Below, piece after piece: positions 1 to 10,287 of a DNA stretch of 41,005 bases. This DNA comes from Fibrobacteria bacterium (lineage in GTDB: Bacteria; Fibrobacterota; Fibrobacteria; UBA11236). The translations under genes and the position numbers were made by a program. Location: the NCBI GenBank assembly GCA_041746255.1, contig JBGTHM010000062.1, positions 1 through 41,005 on the forward strand, in the 5' to 3' direction. Every line of letters starts with the position of its first letter. Positions within the stretch are counted from its first letter, which is position 1. Under the pieces are notes generated by a model. That model was not told the DNA's origin. It saw nothing but the letters and a program-made list of their open reading frames with translations, and made no database searches.

Positions 1-105
1 GGTTGCCGTCGCAACTCGCCCGCTAGGCGGGCTCAGACAGGCTCCGGCAACCTACGCAAAGCGGGGGCTCCGCTGAAGCCGGCGAAATCTCCCCGGCCTA
101 AGGCC
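1..105. repeat. Structured intergenic element with nested inverted repeats (REP/MITE-like or ncRNA); may extend past the left edge
   Basis: GGTTGCCG (1-8) pairs with CGGCAACC (45-52), enclosing GCCCGC-tag-GCGGGC (18-32). Further hairpins: AGCGG/CCGCT (60-74) and GCCGG/CCGGC (78-97). Confidence 0.45.
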
Positions 106-207
106 CAGGCTCTTCGGGTGGTGGTGTCTTTGTCGTAGCGAATGCTATGTCGGCAGGGTTACTTTGCCGTGCCTACGCGTGTTTCGGATACATTTTCTGG
201 AATTGGT

Positions 208-558
208 TTATAATTTCCACACTACCCAGGCCCAGGCCAGGAGGAAGCTTAGGCCTCCCAGTGGGGTTATCGCTCCCAGGGTGCGAATACCGGTGAAGCT
301 TAGCATGTATAGGCTGCCCGAAAAAACCACGATGCCGATCACGAAAAGCCAGGCACCGGGTCGAATATCCATGCCGGAATTCTTGCCGTAGAGGGCCAAG
401 GCGAATAGGGCAATGGCGTGGATCAAATGGTAAAGGACGCCGACTTGATAGATGGCGAACATTTCTTCGCTGAGTTTCGACTTCAGCATATGCGCGCCGA
501 ATGCCCCCAAGGCTACGCCTAGAAACCCCAATATACCCGCGACTTTCACCCAAACCAT
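208..558 (-). CDS. DUF423 (YgdD/TMEM256) family small membrane protein
   Basis: Motifs GAFGAH, YHLIHA, FSGSLY and GAITPLGG. Start moved to ATG 558, which follows an AAGGAG SD. Confidence 0.9.
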   Translation of the reverse strand: MVWVKVAGILGFLGVALGAFGAHMLKSKLSEEMFAIYQVGVLYHLIHAIALFALALYGKNSGMDIRPGAWLFVIGIVVFSGSLYMLSFTGIRTLGAITPLGGLSFLLAWAWVVWKL

Positions 559-716
559 GGTTTTCTCCTTGCAACGATTTCCCATAAAATAGGTATTCGC
601 CGCACTTTCTCCAGAATGGCTTCGCTTGACAGCCACTTGGCCAATTAAAATATTTCCTGGGGAAACACGTTCGTCCTCCCCAGGAGCGACCGCCACCATT
701 TCCCGGAGGGCAATTC

Positions 717-2675
717 ATGTCGGCCAATATTGATAGCGTCCTCAACGAAAACCGAAAATTCGCGCCCTCGGCGGAATTCAAAAGCAAAGCACAAATTTCC
801 TCCCTGGAGGAATACCAGGCGCTGCATAAAAAAAGCCTGGAAAACCCGGAAGCGTTCTGGGGAGAGGTCGCTTCGGAGTTACACTGGTTTCAGCCATGGA
901 AGCAGGTGCGTGATTGGAGCAATCCGCCTTTCGCGCAATGGTTTGTGGGAGCCAAAACCAATATCAGTTATAACTGCCTCGACAGGCACCTCACCACTTG
1001 GCGCAAAAACAAAGCCGCCATCATCTGGGAAGGCGAGCCGGGCGACAAAGTCGTATTGACTTATCAAGACCTGCATCGCGAGGTATGCAAATTCGCCAAT
1101 GTGCTTAAAAGCCAAGGACTGGTTGCCGGAGACACCGTTGCCATCTATATGCCTATGATTCCCGAATTGGCCATCGCCATGTTGGCTTGCGCGCGCATCG
1201 GAGCCGTGCATTCCATCATTTTCGGCGGGTTTTCCGCGCCCGCTTTGGTTGATCGAATTAACGACGCCTCCTGTAAAATGGTGATTACCGCCGACGGCGG
1301 GTTTCGCAGGGGGAATATCATCAAACTTAAAGAGGTAGTGGACGAAGCCTTACCCAAAACGCCTACGGTTACCAGCTGCATTGTCGCCAAACGATCCCTG
1401 CAACCGGTTGCCATGCAACGGGGCCGCGATTTCTGGTATCACGATTTGATGGAAAACGCATCGGCGGATTGCCCCGCCGCCGAGCTCGATTCCGAACACC
1501 CCTTATTCATATTGTATACATCAGGAAGCACCGGAAAACCCAAAGGCATTTTGCATTCCACCGGCGGTTATATGGTGGGCACCTATCTCACCACCAAATA
1601 TGTGTTCGATTTGCGCGACGAAGACACTTATTGGTGCACCGCCGATATCGGCTGGGTCACCGGGCACAGCTATATCGTCTATGGCCCGCTGGCCAACGGC
1701 GCCACCTCCGTCATGTACGAAGGCGCCCCGAACCAGCCCGGTCCGGATCGCTTCTGGGAAATCGTGGAACGCTACCGTGTGAATATTTTTTATACCGCTC
1801 CCACGGCTATCCGCACCTTTATGAAATGGGGCGACGAATACCCGGCCAAACATGATTTATCGAGCCTACGTTTATTGGGATCGGTGGGGGAGCCCATCAA
1901 TCCCGAAGCTTGGATGTGGTACCGCGAAAAAATCGGCGGCAACCGCTGCCCCATTGTCGATACCTGGTGGCAAACGGAAACCGGGGCCATCATGATAACC
2001 CCTCTCCCGGGCGTTACTGCCACCAAGCCCGGTTCGGCGACCTTCCCCTTCTTTGGAGTGGATGCGGCGGTGGTGGATGACAAGGGAGAAGAGCTTCCCG
2101 TTCGTCAAGGGGGCTTTTTGGTGATTCGGCAACCCTGGCCCTCCATGCTGCGTAACCTTTTCGGGGATCCGGAACGCTTCAAAGAAGTCTATTGGCAGCG
2201 TTTTGCGGAGAAAGGGTATTACCTTGCGGGCGATGGCGCGGTTCGGGATGATGAGGGTTATTTCTGGATTATGGGCCGTATCGACGATGTGCTGAATGTT
2301 TCCGGCCATCGCCTTTCCACCATGGAAGTGGAAAGCACTTTGGTGGGGCATGAACAGGTGGTTGAGGCGGCCGTGGTGGGGTTCAGTCATGGCTTGAAAG
2401 GCGATGGCATTGCCGCTTTCGTTATTTTGGGTCCGGGAGCGGGGAAGGAGTCGAATATTTCCGAAGCCCTGAAAAAACATGTGCGCGCCAGCATCGGTGC
2501 TATTGCCGTACCGGATCAAATCCATTTCACTGAGGCTTTACCGAAAACCCGTTCCGGAAAAATCATGCGGCGCCTCTTGCGCGATGTCGCCAACGGAGTC
2601 GAGTCTCGCGGGGATATGACCACTTTGGAAGACTTGACCGTCTTGGCCAAATTACGCGAATCCGAGGAAAGCTAG
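717..2675 (+). CDS. acs: Acetyl-CoA synthetase (AMP-forming)
   Basis: [40 protein letters not shown] and [12 protein letters not shown] motifs; GGAGG SD. Confidence 0.97.
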   Translation: MSANIDSVLNENRKFAPSAEFKSKAQISSLEEYQALHKKSLENPEAFWGEVASELHWFQPWKQVRDWSNPPFAQWFVGAKTNISYNCLDRHLTTWRKNKAAIIWEGEPGDKVVLTYQDLHREVCKFANVLKSQGLVAGDTVAIYMPMIPELAIAMLACARIGAVHSIIFGGFSAPALVDRINDASCKMVITADGGFRRGNIIKLKEVVDEALPKTPTVTSCIVAKRSLQPVAMQRGRDFWYHDLMENASADCPAAELDSEHPLFILYTSGSTGKPKGILHSTGGYMVGTYLTTKYVFDLRDEDTYWCTADIGWVTGHSYIVYGPLANGATSVMYEGAPNQPGPDRFWEIVERYRVNIFYTAPTAIRTFMKWGDEYPAKHDLSSLRLLGSVGEPINPEAWMWYREKIGGNRCPIVDTWWQTETGAIMITPLPGVTATKPGSATFPFFGVDAAVVDDKGEELPVRQGGFLVIRQPWPSMLRNLFGDPERFKEVYWQRFAEKGYYLAGDGAVRDDEGYFWIMGRIDDVLNVSGHRLSTMEVESTLVGHEQVVEAAVVGFSHGLKGDGIAAFVILGPGAGKESNISEALKKHVRASIGAIAVPDQIHFTEALPKTRSGKIMRRLLRDVANGVESRGDMTTLEDLTVLAKLRESEES

Positions 2676-2827
2676 GCCAGAGCGGGTATCACGCTTTCTC
2701 TAACTCCCGATGTTGAGCCCCTGTCCCGGGAGGCGGGAACAAGTGAGCAATATTTGTTTCCAAGGGATTGCGGGGCATTAAAAATGCGGGTTTGGGCCTT
2801 CCCAGGCTATATTTCTATCCTTATCCC

Positions 2828-3088
2828 ATGACTTTCGAAGAAATGTTCGCTCTGGCAAACGAGCGTAAAAGGGAGATGCCGGAAGGCCGGTCCACCACGG
2901 AATTGTTCCAAAAAGGTGAACATGGCATCGGGAAAAAGCTGGTGGAAGAAGCCGCGGAAGCCTGGATGGCGGCGCGCTTCGAATCCAAAGCGGCCTTGGC
3001 GGGCGAATTGTCCCAAGTGCTTTATTATGTGGCCTGCATGATGGCCCAGAAGGGGCTCACCCTTGAGGAAGTTTACGCGGAATTATGA
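2828..3088 (+). CDS. hisE: Phosphoribosyl-ATP pyrophosphatase (stand-alone HisE)
   Basis: GKKLVEEAAEAWMAA and ELSQVLYY (MazG-like HisE). ATGA overlap with hisG. Start taken at MTFEE. Confidence 0.9.
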   Translation: MTFEEMFALANERKREMPEGRSTTELFQKGEHGIGKKLVEEAAEAWMAARFESKAALAGELSQVLYYVACMMAQKGLTLEEVYAEL

Positions 3089-3927
3089 TTAAGATAGCCC
3101 TTCCCAACAAGGGGCAGCTGTGCGACCCCACCCTCGAAATCCTTACCGATTGCGGCTATCGCGTCAATCGATCGGCTCGAAGTCTGTCCGCTCTCGATTT
3201 GGAAAATGGTATCGAATTCTATTTCCTTCGTCCCGGCGACATTCCCCTCTACATATCCAATGGAATCCTTGACGCAGGGGTAACGGGACGGGATTTCGTC
3301 GCGGAAAAAGAGTTGCAACCTTCCTGGTTGCTTGACTTGCATTTCGGCCAATCGAAAATGTGTGCCGCTGTTCCGCAGGAATCTCCTGTTCAGTCCCTTG
3401 CCGAAGTCGCGGCTTTGAAAATCGCCACTTCCTTTCCCAATATCACGCGATCCTATTTCAAGGGCAAGTCCCTGCAAATCGTGGACCTGGAGGGAGCCGT
3501 AGAGATTTCCATCAAATTGGGAATCGCCGAGGCCATTGTGGATGTGGTCGAAACCGGCAGCACATTGCGTCAAGCGGGCTTACGGATTGTGGGGGAACCT
3601 CTCTTCCACTCCGTGGCCGCACTTTACGCCCATCCTGGACGCGAGACGGCCGAAGAGGTGTTGATCCTGAAAAGCCGCCTCGAAGGCAAATTGGTAGCCC
3701 ATCAGCACAAGATGGTGGAATACGATTGCCCCGCCACCATCCTGGACGCGGCCTGCGCCATTACTCCGGGGATCGAGTCGCCCACCATCATGCCTTTGCA
3801 GAAACAGGGCTGGTTCTCCGTCAAGTCCATGATCCAAAAACGCGAGGCGCATAAAATCATGGACGATTTGTCCCGCTTGGGCTGCAAGGGGATTCTCCTC
3901 TCTTCGGTAGAGAGCGCGCGAATTTAG
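3085..3927 (+). CDS. hisG: ATP phosphoribosyltransferase, long form
   Basis: IALPNKG, RPGDIP, EGAVE and DVVETGSTL motifs, plus the C-terminal regulatory domain with PGIESPT. Confidence 0.95.
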   Translation: MIKIALPNKGQLCDPTLEILTDCGYRVNRSARSLSALDLENGIEFYFLRPGDIPLYISNGILDAGVTGRDFVAEKELQPSWLLDLHFGQSKMCAAVPQESPVQSLAEVAALKIATSFPNITRSYFKGKSLQIVDLEGAVEISIKLGIAEAIVDVVETGSTLRQAGLRIVGEPLFHSVAALYAHPGRETAEEVLILKSRLEGKLVAHQHKMVEYDCPATILDAACAITPGIESPTIMPLQKQGWFSVKSMIQKREAHKIMDDLSRLGCKGILLSSVESARI

Positions 3928-3955
3928 CGCCTTGGCTTCTCCCGCGTTTTCAGCC

Positions 3956-3989
3956 AAAAAAAAGAGACCGGATTTCTCCGGCCTCCCTT
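3956..3989 (-). terminator. Intrinsic terminator of the peroxiredoxin gene, between convergent hisG and prx
   Basis: Minus strand reads GAGGCCGGA-gaaa-TCCGGTCTC followed by T8. Confidence 0.75.
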
Positions 3990-4022
3990 ATCAGAACAGA
4001 CTGATTTACCAGAAATTCAAGC

Positions 4023-4616
4023 TTACTTACCGCCGCCGAAATAGGTCTTGAGACCCTCGCCGGTGGCCTTCATGGCCTTATCGCCCTTGGTCCAGTTGGC
4101 GGGGCAAACTTCGCCATGTTCTTCCGCGTATTGCACCGCGTCCACCAGTCGCACCACTTCGGCGATATTACGGCCGATGGGGCGATGGTTGATGATTTGC
4201 GACTGCACGATGCCGTTTTTGTCGATGACGAAAACACCGCGATAGGCGGCGCCCAAGTCTTCATCGAGCACGTCATAGGCGCGGGAAACCTTTTTGTTCA
4301 TGTCCGAAAGAATCGGATAGGTTACCCCTTGGATGCCGCCGACGTTTTTCGGGGTGTTGAGCCAGGCCATATGGGAGAACACCGAGTCGGTGGAGCATCC
4401 GATAACCTGGGTATTACGGGCCTCAAATTCGCTCAATGCCTCTTGAAAAGCGTGCATTTCGGTGGGGCATACGAAAGTGAAATCGAGGGGATAGAAAAAG
4501 AGTACCACGTATTTCTTTCCACGAAATTGCGAAAGGGTGTAATTGTCCTTGATTTCGCTGCCTACAGCCGCTTTTTCCTTGAAATCCGGAGCTTCTTTTC
4601 CGACTAATACTGCCAT
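4023..4616 (-). CDS. ahpC: 2-Cys peroxiredoxin (AhpC/TSA family)
   Basis: FFYPLDFTFVCPTE and GEVCPANW motifs. Start at MAVLVG after GGAAGGA. Confidence 0.93.
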   Translation of the reverse strand: MAVLVGKEAPDFKEKAAVGSEIKDNYTLSQFRGKKYVVLFFYPLDFTFVCPTEMHAFQEALSEFEARNTQVIGCSTDSVFSHMAWLNTPKNVGGIQGVTYPILSDMNKKVSRAYDVLDEDLGAAYRGVFVIDKNGIVQSQIINHRPIGRNIAEVVRLVDAVQYAEEHGEVCPANWTKGDKAMKATGEGLKTYFGGGK

Positions 4617-4677
4617 AATGAATCCTTCCCTTGGTGTTTGTGGGGACCGTAAATATAAACACTTGAGGGGAGGCGCC

Positions 4678-5427
4678 TCAACGGGACGGCTCCGAGCGCG
4701 CTTCGATAAAGGCGGTATCTCCCGCTTCACGTACGAAGGCCTCCCATCCGTCCCGTTGCAGCAAGACCCGTATGGCCTGGAATACCCCCCTGGCAGGGAA
4801 GGGTTCCCAAAGCAAGACTCTTCCACCCGGCTTCAAGTGGGCCTTCCATGGCTTCAGCTTCGCGATGATTCCATATCTTTCCTCGAATATATCCGGGAAA
4901 TCGGGACGGGCTTGATGGGATGGCTCGGTCAGCCAATCGTCCTCATCCGCATTTTCCTCACCCAGGCTGTCTGCGCACAGGAGAATTTCGAATTGCGCCC
5001 TTTCCGGGTCCGGCTCGCAGATTTTAAATCCCCGTGCTCGCATAAATTCCCGGGACTCCTGGCAGGCATCGTATGCGGCATAATCGACCTCTGGGCCCAC
5101 CCTCCGTAATAATTCCCCCCAGATGCCGGTTCCGGCTCCGATCTCCAACACGCTCCGGGATGCGCCCAGGGTTTGGAAAAATCCGATGCCGATTTGTTCC
5201 AGCCGGGGGCGACGGAAGCGAAGGAGAAGGTCCTGTAATCCATGCATATAGATGAAGCCGTAAAATTTTTCCACATTGCGCGGGGAGCGGTAATGCACAA
5301 AGCTCCGGTGCAGGCGTTGGAAAACCAGGAACGTATCCTGCGAAAGCCGGGATTCCATCTCACGCACCGCCTCCTCCCAGGAAAGCCGCGGCAAAACGAG
5401 ATTGTCCAATTCTTCGAGGAAGCGCAT
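4678..5427 (-). CDS. Class I SAM-dependent methyltransferase
   Basis: VLEIGAGTG (motif I) and LKPGGRVLL. Start estimated at MRFLEE. Confidence 0.75.
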   Translation of the reverse strand: MRFLEELDNLVLPRLSWEEAVREMESRLSQDTFLVFQRLHRSFVHYRSPRNVEKFYGFIYMHGLQDLLLRFRRPRLEQIGIGFFQTLGASRSVLEIGAGTGIWGELLRRVGPEVDYAAYDACQESREFMRARGFKICEPDPERAQFEILLCADSLGEENADEDDWLTEPSHQARPDFPDIFEERYGIIAKLKPWKAHLKPGGRVLLWEPFPARGVFQAIRVLLQRDGWEAFVREAGDTAFIEARSEPSR

Positions 5428-5568
5428 ATCGTCCAAAAAATATAACTTGGTATGAAATAAGCCACTTATGCTAAAATGGAGTCCATTACGACCCATTGAT
5501 TACCTTTCGTAAAGGCCGGTTCCTGACGTCGGAGGACTGGGTCGAGAGTGGGAAACAAGGAATAAAGC

Positions 5569-8079
5569 ATGATCAAAACCAAAGCGACTACCCCAACAGC
5601 TTCCAAGCCATCCACGCAAGCGACCACCTGGAACAAGAATGATAAGGATGCCTTTAAGGCAGCCTTTTTTCACCATCTTCAAAGTTCCCTGGGCAAAGAC
5701 AATTTCTCCGCAACCGATTACGACAAATACCTGGCTTTGGCCCTTGCCGTGCGCGACAAGCTCATCGAAAAGTGGATTCAAACCCAGCACATCTATTACA
5801 AGGTCGATGCCAAGCGGGTGTATTACTTATCCATGGAATTCCTGATGGGCCGCAGTCTGGGAAACAGCCTTCTCAACCTGCAAATGGAAGAGGTGGTCGC
5901 CAAGGCCATCGACGAAATGGGCATGAACATGGAGCATCTCCGCGAAACCGAATTGGAAGCGGCTTTGGGTAACGGGGGATTGGGACGTCTGGCGGCCTGT
6001 TTTCTGGATTCCATGGCAACGCTTGAGCTTCCGGCCTATGGATATGGTATCCGCTATGATTACGGCATGTTCCATCAAACCATCAATGAGGGCTTTCAGC
6101 AAGAGCATCCTGACAATTGGCTGCGCCTGACCAATCCCTGGGAAATCGCCCGCCCGGAATACACCGTCGAAGTGCAATTCAAAGGCCGGGTAGTCACGCG
6201 CAAGGATGTACATGGCCATCTCCTTTTCGATTGGGTCGAAACGGAAAAGGTATTGGCTTCGCCCTACGATACGCCCATTCCCGGTTACGGTAACAATACC
6301 GTAAACACACTGCGCTTATGGTCCGCCAAATCGGCGGATGATTTCGGTCTGCATTATTTCAACAGCGGCGACTATATCGAGGCCAGCAAGGATATCGCGC
6401 TGGCGGAGAGCATTTCCAAAGTACTTTACCCCAACGATACGTCCATGAACGGCAAGGAATTGCGTCTCAAGCAGCAGTATTTCCTATGCGCTGCCACGCT
6501 TCAAGACGTCATCCGTCGGCATAAGAAAATGCACAAGGACTGCTCCAATCTTGCGGAGAAGGCCAGTCTGCAACTTAATGACACGCACCCGGCGCTATCC
6601 ATCGCGGAGATGATGCGCATCCTGGTCGATGAGGAGCAGATTCATTGGGAGCCGGCTTGGGAAATCACCACCGCCGTTTTCAGCTATACCAATCACACCC
6701 TTCTACCCGAAGCCCTGGAAAAATGGTCCGTCGATTTGCTCGGCAAGCTGTTGCCGCGGCATCTGCAAATCATCTTCGAAATCAATTACCGCTTCATGAA
6801 GCAGGTTTCGTGGAAATATCCCGGGGAGGTGGAGCGTCTCAAGCGCATGTCTCTTATCGAAGAGGGAGAGGAACGTTCGGTGCGCATGGCCTTTTTGGCC
6901 ATTATCGGATCGCATTCGGTAAATGGCGTGGCTGAATTACACACCGAACTCATCAAAAGCCACCTGGTAAAAGATTTCTATGATCTGACGCCGGAAAAGT
7001 TCAATAACAAAACCAATGGCATCACTCCCCGCCGTTGGCTGCGAAAATCGAACCGGCTCCTGTCCAATCTGATCTCGGAAAAAATCGGCGACGGTTGGGT
7101 CAAGGATTTCTCCCAAATCAAAAAGGTGGAGAAATTTTCCGAGGATGCCGCTTTCATTCGCCGCTGGCAAGAAATCAAATTGGAGAACAAACAACGACTG
7201 GCGGATTTTATCCTTCAATCCGAAGGCATCGAAGTCAATCCGCAGGGAATTTTCGATGTACAGATTAAGCGCATTCACGAGTACAAGCGGCAATTGCTCA
7301 ACATCCTGCATGTAATCCACCTTTACAACGAAATCAAGGCGGGCAAGGGAGCTTCCATACAGCCGCGCACCTATCTTTTCGCCGGCAAGGCGGCTCCGGG
7401 ATATCATGTCGCCAAATTAATCATCAAATTCATCAATTCCGTGGCGGACGTGGTGAATGCCGATCCGGATAGCCGGGGTATTCTCAAAGTGGTTTACCTG
7501 GAGAACTACCGCGTCTCCCTCGCCGAAAGAATTTTTCCCGCCAGCGATCTTTCCGAGCAAATATCCACGGCGGGAAAGGAAGCCAGCGGTACGGGCAACA
7601 TGAAGTTCGCCATCAACGGGGCCCTGACAATCGGCACTCTCGACGGGGCGAACATTGAAATCCTGGAAGAAGTCGGTAAGGAGAATATTTTCATTTTCGG
7701 ACTCACCGCCGATGAGGTCATGCAGAAAAAAGCGGCCGGATACAATCCACTCGAATATATCGACAAAGACCCCAATCTCATGGCGGTGATGGAATTGCTG
7801 CGAACCGGGTACTTCTGCCCGGAAGACCCGAACCTATTCAATCCGCTTATCGACGGACTTATCCTTAAAGACGAATGGATGCTCATGGCCGATTTCGGCG
7901 CCTACCTGGCCTGCCAACGGAAGGTGGCCGAGAGTTACGCGGATTATGACGGCTGGACGCGCAAAGCCATTCTAAACCTGGCACGCATGGGTAAGTTCTC
8001 TTCCGACCGGACCATAGGGCAATACAACGAGGAAATCTGGCGTGCCCCTCGGGTGTCCATTCCCAATCCCAAGGACTAG
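5569..8079 (+). CDS. glgP: Glycogen/starch phosphorylase
   Basis: LGNGGLGRLAACF, QLNDTHP, KRIHEYKRQLLN and EASGTGNMKF (PLP lysine). Confidence 0.97.
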   Translation: MIKTKATTPTASKPSTQATTWNKNDKDAFKAAFFHHLQSSLGKDNFSATDYDKYLALALAVRDKLIEKWIQTQHIYYKVDAKRVYYLSMEFLMGRSLGNSLLNLQMEEVVAKAIDEMGMNMEHLRETELEAALGNGGLGRLAACFLDSMATLELPAYGYGIRYDYGMFHQTINEGFQQEHPDNWLRLTNPWEIARPEYTVEVQFKGRVVTRKDVHGHLLFDWVETEKVLASPYDTPIPGYGNNTVNTLRLWSAKSADDFGLHYFNSGDYIEASKDIALAESISKVLYPNDTSMNGKELRLKQQYFLCAATLQDVIRRHKKMHKDCSNLAEKASLQLNDTHPALSIAEMMRILVDEEQIHWEPAWEITTAVFSYTNHTLLPEALEKWSVDLLGKLLPRHLQIIFEINYRFMKQVSWKYPGEVERLKRMSLIEEGEERSVRMAFLAIIGSHSVNGVAELHTELIKSHLVKDFYDLTPEKFNNKTNGITPRRWLRKSNRLLSNLISEKIGDGWVKDFSQIKKVEKFSEDAAFIRRWQEIKLENKQRLADFILQSEGIEVNPQGIFDVQIKRIHEYKRQLLNILHVIHLYNEIKAGKGASIQPRTYLFAGKAAPGYHVAKLIIKFINSVADVVNADPDSRGILKVVYLENYRVSLAERIFPASDLSEQISTAGKEASGTGNMKFAINGALTIGTLDGANIEILEEVGKENIFIFGLTADEVMQKKAAGYNPLEYIDKDPNLMAVMELLRTGYFCPEDPNLFNPLIDGLILKDEWMLMADFGAYLACQRKVAESYADYDGWTRKAILNLARMGKFSSDRTIGQYNEEIWRAPRVSIPNPKD

Positions 8080-8199
8080 GCCCAGGACTGAAAAGGCGCT
8101 AACCGCCGGAGGTGACCGCCGGGAAAACGGTTGGCGTCTCTGGGCAAGGTTTCTACATAATTCCCGCATCGGTGGGGCTTTCCCTCGGACGGGAAGGGT

Positions 8200-9354
8200 A
8201 TGAAGGATTTCATTATAATAGGTAATGTATCGGACGATCCCTTCGCCCTGGATTTAGGCTATATGGCCGGCCAGAACGAAGAGGTTTCCGATCTCATTTC
8301 CCTGAAAACATACGCGAATTCGGAATTCTGCCCCCGCTTTATCAGCGATGAGCAGGACCTCGCCAATATCGGACATTCGCTGGACGGAAAAAACGTGGTC
8401 ATCTGTTCGACCTCGGGCTTACCCCGGGGCGCCTTGGCCATGCGGAATTTCATCCTGGCGCGGGCGGCCAAAGATAACGGCGCTGAAAAAGTCGTTTTAG
8501 TCGAACCCGATCTCTATTTCAGCGCCCAGGACAGGGGGCCTCGCCGGATGCCCGGTGAAGAGTCGCGTTCTGTTGAAGACCTCAAGAAATTCGACGGACA
8601 GCCTTTCACGGCCGATTTATACGGTCAATTACTGAAAACCTCGGGAGTGGACGCCGTAGTAACCGTGCACAATCACTCCACCAATGTCCAGCGTCTGTTC
8701 TCCCAATATTTCGAGGGTCAGTTCTTCAACTTGCTACCCAACGATCTTTACGCGGATTATATCAAGAATTCCGATCTGGTCGATCCCGGCCCCGACGGAG
8801 GTAACCTGGTACTGTGTTCGCCCGACACGGGCGCGGTGCCTTTTATGAACGGTGTTCACCAGGCGCTCGATATGCCCAATGCCGCCCGGGTGATCATGCA
8901 GAAAATCCGCTATGGCGAGCGTAGCGTGCGCGTTTCCATCGGACCGGATTCCGATCTCTCCCTGAACGGTCTCAAAGGCAAGGATATCATCGTGCTCGAC
9001 GACATGGTCCGTACGGGAAATACCATCGTCGAATGCTGCAAGCTACTGCGCAAGGGCAATCCCCGGCGCATCTGTTTTTTCGTCACCCATTTCCTGTCCA
9101 CTCCCGAGGCTCGCGAAAACCTGAACTCAAAGGTTCTGGATGAGATTCTCGCGCTGAACACCATGCCGGATATTCTCAACCGCGATACCCAGGGCCGTCT
9201 CCGCAAAAAAATGGTGGTGTTGAAAATTGAAAAGTGGATCGCCCGGTTTCTGCTCGAATATTTCGGTAAAGCCGCAGGCAAATTCGAGAACGATTTTTAT
9301 TCGGTGGATATGTCATCCAAGAACCCGCGTTGGCGTCCGGTTCTTCGCTATTAA
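8200..9354 (+). CDS. prs: Ribose-phosphate pyrophosphokinase-like protein (divergent)
   Basis: YANSEF, SAQDR, SPDTGA, QKIR and the PRT loop IIVLDDMVRTGNT. Confidence 0.75.
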   Translation: MKDFIIIGNVSDDPFALDLGYMAGQNEEVSDLISLKTYANSEFCPRFISDEQDLANIGHSLDGKNVVICSTSGLPRGALAMRNFILARAAKDNGAEKVVLVEPDLYFSAQDRGPRRMPGEESRSVEDLKKFDGQPFTADLYGQLLKTSGVDAVVTVHNHSTNVQRLFSQYFEGQFFNLLPNDLYADYIKNSDLVDPGPDGGNLVLCSPDTGAVPFMNGVHQALDMPNAARVIMQKIRYGERSVRVSIGPDSDLSLNGLKGKDIIVLDDMVRTGNTIVECCKLLRKGNPRRICFFVTHFLSTPEARENLNSKVLDEILALNTMPDILNRDTQGRLRKKMVVLKIEKWIARFLLEYFGKAAGKFENDFYSVDMSSKNPRWRPVLRY

Positions 9355-9362
9355 GAGGGCCG

Positions 9363-10226
9363 ATGTCCGATTCTCCGGTTTTTCTGATTTCTCATCGGGG
9401 GGCGCTAGGCGACTTTCTTCTCACCTGGCCCACCCTCGTCTCCCTGCGCAGCCGCTTTCATGGGCATCGCTTCATTGGGTTGGGCAAGCCCGACTATATG
9501 GAGATGGCCCGCGACTTCGGCTTGGTCGATGAAATCCAGGATTGCGAATCCGCGCGTTTTCTCCCGCTCTATGCCGGAACCGCATTCCCCGAAGAATTCG
9601 CGAAAGTAGAACACGCGCTTTTCTGGGTTGCCGACTCCATGGCCCTGGCAATGCTATTGCGCGAAAAAATTTCCGGCTTTCTGCGCATCCACCCGCCCTT
9701 TCCAGTGGATGCTTCCCATGTCATGGACCATCACCTCGAGGCCTTACCCTTCTTTCAACTGCCCCTGCCGGCCGTGGGCCAGGACTTATTTTTCCCACTG
9801 AGCCCTCGCCGGGAAGGCATGGCCTTGGTCCATCCCGGATCCGGTAGCCCTTCCAAAAATTACGACCCCCAGTTTTATGCCTTTCTGGCCAACGAATTGA
9901 AAAGCCGCCGGTTTCCCGATACCCGAATCCTTCTGGGCCCCGCGGAACGCCATCTCAAACCCGTTTATGCCGATAAATTCACACTCGTGGAGCCGGCCAC
10001 ATGCTCGGATCTGGCTCGGCTGGTTTCCAGTTGTGCGCTTTTTATCGGAAACGACAGCGGAGTTTCCCATCTCGCGGGATTGACCGGCGCGAAAACCCTG
10101 GTTCTATACAAACAGCCTAATATGGAGCAATGGGGAGTCCGTGGCCGTCAAGTTCATCATGTCGAGGGCACGAACGAAGCTTTGGCCATGTCGCGTATTC
10201 AGCGGGTTCTCTCGGACCAGGATTGA
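9363..10226 (+). CDS. Glycosyltransferase family 9 (heptosyltransferase-like)
   Basis: GALGDFLL, VHPGSGSPSKNY and FIGNDSGVSHLA motifs. Confidence 0.88.
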   Translation: MSDSPVFLISHRGALGDFLLTWPTLVSLRSRFHGHRFIGLGKPDYMEMARDFGLVDEIQDCESARFLPLYAGTAFPEEFAKVEHALFWVADSMALAMLLREKISGFLRIHPPFPVDASHVMDHHLEALPFFQLPLPAVGQDLFFPLSPRREGMALVHPGSGSPSKNYDPQFYAFLANELKSRRFPDTRILLGPAERHLKPVYADKFTLVEPATCSDLARLVSSCALFIGNDSGVSHLAGLTGAKTLVLYKQPNMEQWGVRGRQVHHVEGTNEALAMSRIQRVLSDQD

Positions 10227-10287
10227 TATGAGCCGGTCTTAAACGTGATTCGTCGGCCCAAGCCGGAGCGAGAAAACCTCGCGGCGC

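Noticed and set aside
173..787. 204-aa minus-strand ORF and the many other alternative-frame or antisense ORFs in the track
   Set aside because: They overlap well-supported genes and have no recognisable motifs. Such shadow ORFs are expected at this GC content.
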